A DNA stretch of 20,642 bases from a bacterium. Its GTDB lineage: Bacteria > Hydrothermota > Tepidihabitantia > Tepidihabitantales > Tepidihabitantaceae. The notes beneath the pieces were generated by a model. That model was not told the origin of the DNA, ran no database searches, and saw nothing but the letters and a program-made list of their open reading frames with translations. This document shows positions 14,760 through 20,642 of this stretch, piece after piece. Made by a program: the position numbers and the translations under genes. The DNA lies in contig JAWOHE010000067.1 of the NCBI GenBank assembly GCA_046485285.1, positions 1 to 20,642 on the forward strand, written 5' to 3'. Position 1 is the first letter of the stretch. Each line of letters starts with the position of its first letter.

Positions 14760-16232
14760 TTAGATGACCCGGAACTCGACCCCGAGCGCGACGCCGGGCC
14801 AGATGCCGATGTTGGTGTCGCCGGTCGATTTGAACATCGGGATCGGCAGGAACGGGATGTCCGAGCCGTCCTCGCTGTCCGAGAGCCAGGCGTTGGCGGC
14901 GAGTCCGCCGGTGATCGCCAGTGGCGGGGCGACCTGCCAGCCGGCGGTGACGCGCAGCTTGCCGAGGTAGCTCAGGCCGCCGAAGCCGAGCGCATCGTCG
15001 GTCGGGTTGACCCGGTAGGCGACGGCGTCGAGGTCGACGAAGAGCCGCGGGCAGGGGCAGGGGATGTGGACCCCGAGGCCGTAGCCGAGCATAAGCCGGG
15101 CCGTCTCAACCGGGTGGTAGCCGAAGCCGAGCACGTTGTAGAAGTGGGGGCCGCCGGTCTTGAGCTCGAAGTTGGCGAGCGCGGCCTCGCTGGCGAAGGC
15201 GTGGACGCGGAACTGGCCGTTGAGGATCACGTTCAGCGGCCCGACCGGGAAGTCGGACTGCCGGGCGAAGTTGAAGGCGCCGAGCTGGAACCAGCGGACC
15301 TCGGAGGCGATGTTGACCGCGCCGACCTGCGCGCCGACGCTCGCGCCCGCGTAGTTCACGCCGCCAAGCTGGAACCCGCTGCGCTTGGTCACCTCGCGGA
15401 CCAGCCACGACTTGGCCGGCTCGCTGTGCCCGCAGGCGACATTGAACCCGCCGAGTTGGAGCGCGGTCGAGCCGCAGGCGATGTTCGCCCCGCCGAGCTG
15501 GACGATATTGTCCCCGCCGGCGAAGTTGACGCCGCCGATTGTCACGCCGGTGTTGGCGCCGGCCAGGTTCACGCCGCCGAGCTGGACCGCGCACAGCTTC
15601 GCCGGGGCTTCCCGGCGGATCAGCCCCGATTCGGGCGTCTCGCCGGGCATGCCCGCGATGTTGACCGCGCCGATCTGGACCCAACCGGAGCCACGCAGGT
15701 AGTTGGCGGCTCCGATCTGCGCGCCGGTCGAGCCGAAGACGAGGTTCACCGCGCCGAGTTGGACGGCGTTGTCGCCGCCCGAGCAGTTGCCGGCCCCGAG
15801 CTGGATGCCGGCGACATTCCCGCCGGCGAGGTTCAGCGCGGCGAGCTGGGCGCCGGCGACGTTGCCGCCGGCGCGGTTGAGAATCCCGGCGAGCTGGAGC
15901 CCGCCGAAGTCGCGGCAGACCAGGTTGGTCCCGCCAACTAGCTGGACCCCGTAGGCGTCGTAGGTAACCACGTTGAAGAGCGTGCCGAGTTCGAGGCCCC
16001 GGACCGCCCCAACGCAACCGCCGAGGATGTTCAGCGCGAAGTTGGTGGTGACGTCCGAGGGCGAACAGCAGTTCGTCGAGACCGGCGGGAACAAGGACAG
16101 CGTCACGAAGTGATGGACCTGCGGCGCGCCCGCGGGACAGCAGGCGGCCGCGCCGGCCACGGCGGCGCCGGGCATCGCGAACAGGACAATGGCAAGTGCG
16201 GACACGACTGCGAACCGACCCTTGCTGGCCAT
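14760..16232 (-). CDS. Exported GxQxGxxN repeat protein (LA_2272-like surface repeats) with beta-rich C-terminal domain
   Basis: ATG 16232 with GAGGAGGAG RBS and a signal peptide. About 16 repeats of 14-15 aa (Q-L/I-G-x-x-N). C-terminal amphipathic strands end in GVALGVEFRVI. Confidence 0.82.
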   Translation of the reverse strand: MASKGRFAVVSALAIVLFAMPGAAVAGAAACCPAGAPQVHHFVTLSLFPPVSTNCCSPSDVTTNFALNILGGCVGAVRGLELGTLFNVVTYDAYGVQLVGGTNLVCRDFGGLQLAGILNRAGGNVAGAQLAALNLAGGNVAGIQLGAGNCSGGDNAVQLGAVNLVFGSTGAQIGAANYLRGSGWVQIGAVNIAGMPGETPESGLIRREAPAKLCAVQLGGVNLAGANTGVTIGGVNFAGGDNIVQLGGANIACGSTALQLGGFNVACGHSEPAKSWLVREVTKRSGFQLGGVNYAGASVGAQVGAVNIASEVRWFQLGAFNFARQSDFPVGPLNVILNGQFRVHAFASEAALANFELKTGGPHFYNVLGFGYHPVETARLMLGYGLGVHIPCPCPRLFVDLDAVAYRVNPTDDALGFGGLSYLGKLRVTAGWQVAPPLAITGGLAANAWLSDSEDGSDIPFLPIPMFKSTGDTNIGIWPGVALGVEFRVI

Positions 16233-16313
16233 GCTACTCCTCCTCGTCATATGTGCATTGACGAAAACGCGACAGCGAAACCGGTTTTTTCGAGGCCATC
16301 TTGAAATCGGGCC

Positions 16314-16342
16314 AGTATACCTATCCCGCATCCGGCCGTCAA
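16314..16342 (-). promoter_or_regulatory. Sigma70 promoter of the repeat-protein gene (leadered, ~75-nt UTR)
   Basis: TTGACG (16342-16337), 17 nt, then TATACT (16319-16314). Confidence 0.7.
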
Positions 16343-16385
16343 CTCCCGATGGAGGCGCGAGGCGAAGGGGGCAGGCCCGGTCGCT

Positions 16386-16414
16386 TTGCGCCCGGGCCGG
16401 GCCGGCCCTATACT
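16386..16414 (+). promoter_or_regulatory. Sigma70 promoter, probably leaderless
   Basis: TTGCGC (16386-16391), 17 nt, TATACT (16409-16414), 8 nt, then ATG 16423. Confidence 0.65.
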
Positions 16415-16422
16415 TGCCGACG

Positions 16423-17124
16423 ATGAGCAGAAACACCCGCGCCGGCGGCGGGCAGCCGAGGCGGCGGAAGCCCGGCTTCGACCGCGGCCTGTTCCGGGCG
16501 CTGGTCGACAGCTACGCGCGCGGGGCGATCGTCCTGGTCGGGACCGACGACATCGTCGGCCGGGCGATCCGCGCGGGCCAGCGCAGGCTGACGCCGGACG
16601 GCGAGCCGTCGCGCTGGTCGCACAGCTTCCTGTTCGGCGACCTGCGGCTGACCGGCAGCGGGGCCCGCACGAAGCCGCGGCCGAGCCCCTACATCTTCGA
16701 GAGCGACCTGAACGTGAATGTCACGCACTCCGAGGTGCGCAACGGCACCCAGGAGAACTGGCTGGGCAGGTGGTGCCGGCACTCGGTCGAGCACTGCGCG
16801 GTCATCGACCTCGACCTTTCCCGGCGGAACGCCGACCTCGTGCTCGCCACCGCGCTCGAGCTCGTCGACGAGCAGGTCGAGTACCCGCTGCAGAATCTCG
16901 TCAGCACCTGGCTGGCGATTGCCCGGGACCGGCTCTGGCGGGCGAACGCGCTCCGGGGACGGCGGGCGATGTACTGCAGTTCGTTCGTCCGCTACTGCTA
17001 CCGCCGGGCCGGACAGGACTTCCTGCCCCGGAGCATCAGCCTGTCCAACACCGCACCCGAGCACCTCGCCCGCCTCGGCGAGGCGCGCGGGCGCCTGAGG
17101 ATAGTCCGCGGGCCGAAGGGCTGA
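16423..17124 (+). CDS. Permuted papain-like amidase (YiiX/YaeF-like NlpC/P60, C92-like)
   Basis: N-terminal 'RGAIVLV...SRWSHSFL' carries the His. Downstream 'VEYPL' and 'MYCSSFVRYCYRRAG...APEHL' carry the Cys. His-before-Cys order indicates circular permutation. Confidence 0.75.
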   Translation: MSRNTRAGGGQPRRRKPGFDRGLFRALVDSYARGAIVLVGTDDIVGRAIRAGQRRLTPDGEPSRWSHSFLFGDLRLTGSGARTKPRPSPYIFESDLNVNVTHSEVRNGTQENWLGRWCRHSVEHCAVIDLDLSRRNADLVLATALELVDEQVEYPLQNLVSTWLAIARDRLWRANALRGRRAMYCSSFVRYCYRRAGQDFLPRSISLSNTAPEHLARLGEARGRLRIVRGPKG

Positions 17125-17134
17125 GCGCCGGGCG

Positions 17135-18958
<1,824 letters not shown>

Positions 18959-20329
18959 CTACGCCTCCTGCCCGGCGAGCGCGGCCCGGGCGCGTTCGAT
19001 TTCCGGGCTCGGGTCCCGGCCGCGCGCCTCGGCGATCAGCCGGACCATCGGCTCGGTGTTCGACGGCCGGGCATGCAGCCAGAAGTCCTTGCCTTCGAGC
19101 CGGACGCCGTCCTGCCGGTCGACCGTCGCGCCCGGGAACGCGGCGGCGAGCGCGGCCGCGCGCCCTGCGAACCGCTCCCGGTCGAGGTCGAGCTTCGTCC
19201 CGGCCATCTGCCAGCCGTCGAGCCCGGCGGCGTGGGTCGAGAGCGGCCGGCCGGTCGAGGCGACCAGCCCGAGGGCGCAGGCGAGTGCGACGAGACCGTC
19301 GCGGGTGGGGTTGACCGCGGGCAGGATGACGCCGCCGTTGCCCTCGCCGCCGACCGGGCTGCCGGCGGCCCGCATCCGGGCGACGACCGCGGCCTCGCCG
19401 ACCGGCGCGCGCAGGACCGGTACCGAGAATTCCGCCGCGACGTCATCGAGCGCCCGGGTGGTCGAGAGGTTGGTGACGACCGGGCCGGGCGCGAGCGCGA
19501 GCGCAAAGCGGCAGGCGAGACAAAGGGTCCACTGCTCGGAGAGAGGCCTGCCGGTCTCGTCGACGAGGCCGGCGCGGTCGCCGTCCGGGTCGAAGCCGAC
19601 GCCGAAGGCCAGCTCCTCCCGCCGGACCAGTTCGGCCAGCGCGGCGAGGTGGTCCGGGGTCGGCTCGGGCCGGCGCGGGAAGCCGCGCCGGAGCGCGGCC
19701 CGGTCGGTCGCGCAGTTCACCGTAACCGGCTCGGCGCCGAGCGCCCGGCAGAGCGCGGGCCCGGCGACGGCGGCCGCGCCGTTGACCGCGTCGATGCCGA
19801 CGCGCAGGGGCCGGCCGGCCAGCCGGGCCGGGATGGCCCGGAAGAGCTCGTGCCCGGCGATGGCCGAGATGTGGTCTGCTACCGCCGCGCCGTCGCTTGA
19901 CAGCCCGCCGCAGTCCGGCCAGGCGACCGGGGCCGGCGGGTCGAGGGCGAGCGGCCGGAAGCGGGCGAAGTCGTCCGGCGACAGGAAGACGCCGTCGCCG
20001 CCCGCGAACTTGAGGCCGTTCCACTCCTCGGGGTTGTGGCTGGCGGTGACGATGACGCCGCCGGCGAGGCCGCGGGCGCGGACGAAGTGGAGCACGGTCG
20101 GGGTCGGGCAGACGCCGAGGTCGACCACGTCGCTGCCGGCCGAGGCGAGCCCGGCGGTGACGGCCGCGGCGAGCATCGGGCCGGAGGGGCGGGTGTCGCG
20201 GCCGACCGCGACAACGCCCGGGCCGAGGAAGCGGCCGAAAGCGCGGGCGACGCCGACGGCAAGTTCGGGGGTCAGATCCTCACCGACCCGGCCCCGCAGG
20301 CCGGATATCCCGAACACCGCAGGCTTCAT
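18959..20329 (-). CDS. glmM: Phosphoglucosamine mutase (alpha-D-phosphohexomutase family)
   Basis: From ATG 20329: GISGLRG, VGRDTRPSG, TASHNP (phospho-Ser), FDPDGDR (metal site), GGEGNGG and RPSNTEP. It directly abuts glmS. Confidence 0.9.
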   Translation of the reverse strand: MKPAVFGISGLRGRVGEDLTPELAVGVARAFGRFLGPGVVAVGRDTRPSGPMLAAAVTAGLASAGSDVVDLGVCPTPTVLHFVRARGLAGGVIVTASHNPEEWNGLKFAGGDGVFLSPDDFARFRPLALDPPAPVAWPDCGGLSSDGAAVADHISAIAGHELFRAIPARLAGRPLRVGIDAVNGAAAVAGPALCRALGAEPVTVNCATDRAALRRGFPRRPEPTPDHLAALAELVRREELAFGVGFDPDGDRAGLVDETGRPLSEQWTLCLACRFALALAPGPVVTNLSTTRALDDVAAEFSVPVLRAPVGEAAVVARMRAAGSPVGGEGNGGVILPAVNPTRDGLVALACALGLVASTGRPLSTHAAGLDGWQMAGTKLDLDRERFAGRAAALAAAFPGATVDRQDGVRLEGKDFWLHARPSNTEPMVRLIAEARGRDPSPEIERARAALAGQEA

Positions 20330-20337
20330 CGCGGCAG

Positions 20338-20365
20338 AGTATATCGCGACGGGCAGGTCGGTCAA
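20338..20365 (-). promoter_or_regulatory. Sigma70 promoter, probably leaderless, for glmM-glmS
   Basis: TTGACC (20365-20360), 16 nt, TATACT (20343-20338), 8 nt, then ATG 20329. Confidence 0.7.
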
Positions 20366-20438
20366 CAACCCGGCCGGCCGCTGTCGCGCGATCCAGGGCC
20401 CGGGCGTCGGGCCGGATCCGGGCCGGTCAGCCGGGGCT

Positions 20439-20642
20439 CTACCGCACCAGGACCAGCCGGGCCGACTCGCCGGTGTCCTGCCTGCGGACGAAGTAGATGC
20501 CCGCCGGCAGTCTCGGGTAGTCATTCCGGCCGGGCGCAATGACGAGCTTCCCGCTTGCGTCGTAGACCTCGAAGGTCCCAGTGGGCGGCCGGAATCCGGC
20601 CCCGGACCGGACCGTCGCAGGTTGGCCGCGACCCCGATCCGG
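20439..20642 (-). CDS. C-terminal end of a secreted protein (T9SS-like sorting domain), truncated by window edge; not in the ORF track
   Basis: My translation is PDRGRGQPATVRSGAGFRPPTGTFEVYDASGKLVIAPGRNDYPRLPAGIYFVRRQDTGESARLVLVR*, with VYDxxGK and LPAGIYFV motifs. Confidence 0.8.
   Translation of the reverse strand, partial: PDRGRGQPATVRSGAGFRPPTGTFEVYDASGKLVIAPGRNDYPRLPAGIYFVRRQDTGESARLVLVR

Overview
High-GC bacterial window. The secreted proteins with C-terminal 'VYDxxGR/K...GxYF' sorting-like domains suggest a WOR-3/FCB-like lineage (inference). There are two zones. (1) About 1-4800 is an accessory, repeat-rich zone. It holds the tail of a truncated CDS ending in a REP-like hairpin, two lower-GC membrane-protein genes (DUF2254-like; zinc-ribbon/TM/FxLYD-like), and an intact antitoxin followed by a PemK/MazF toxin stub with TGA at the conserved KxRP arginine. 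It also holds a truncated IS3-family element and five same-strand copies of GACACGAAGG. Two copies belong to ~46-bp direct repeats that bracket the TA module, each preceding a near-identical TTGACA promoter. Three form a 58/59-nt-period mini-array read in frame at the start of a lipoprotein gene. (2) About 3900-20642 is a core-like cell-envelope cluster: putative beta-barrel plus metallophosphoesterase, a GT-C (ArnT/PMT-like) glycosyltransferase divergent from murA-ispG, a C45-like Ntn hydrolase, an S8 peptidase, a GxQxGxxN beta-solenoid repeat protein, a permuted NlpC/P60 amidase, and glmM-glmS. Four core genes appear to have leaderless sigma70-type promoters. No rRNA, tRNA, CRISPR array or integrase was recognised. 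No complete novel system is proven. The best candidate is the repeat/portable-promoter architecture at 2658-4770.
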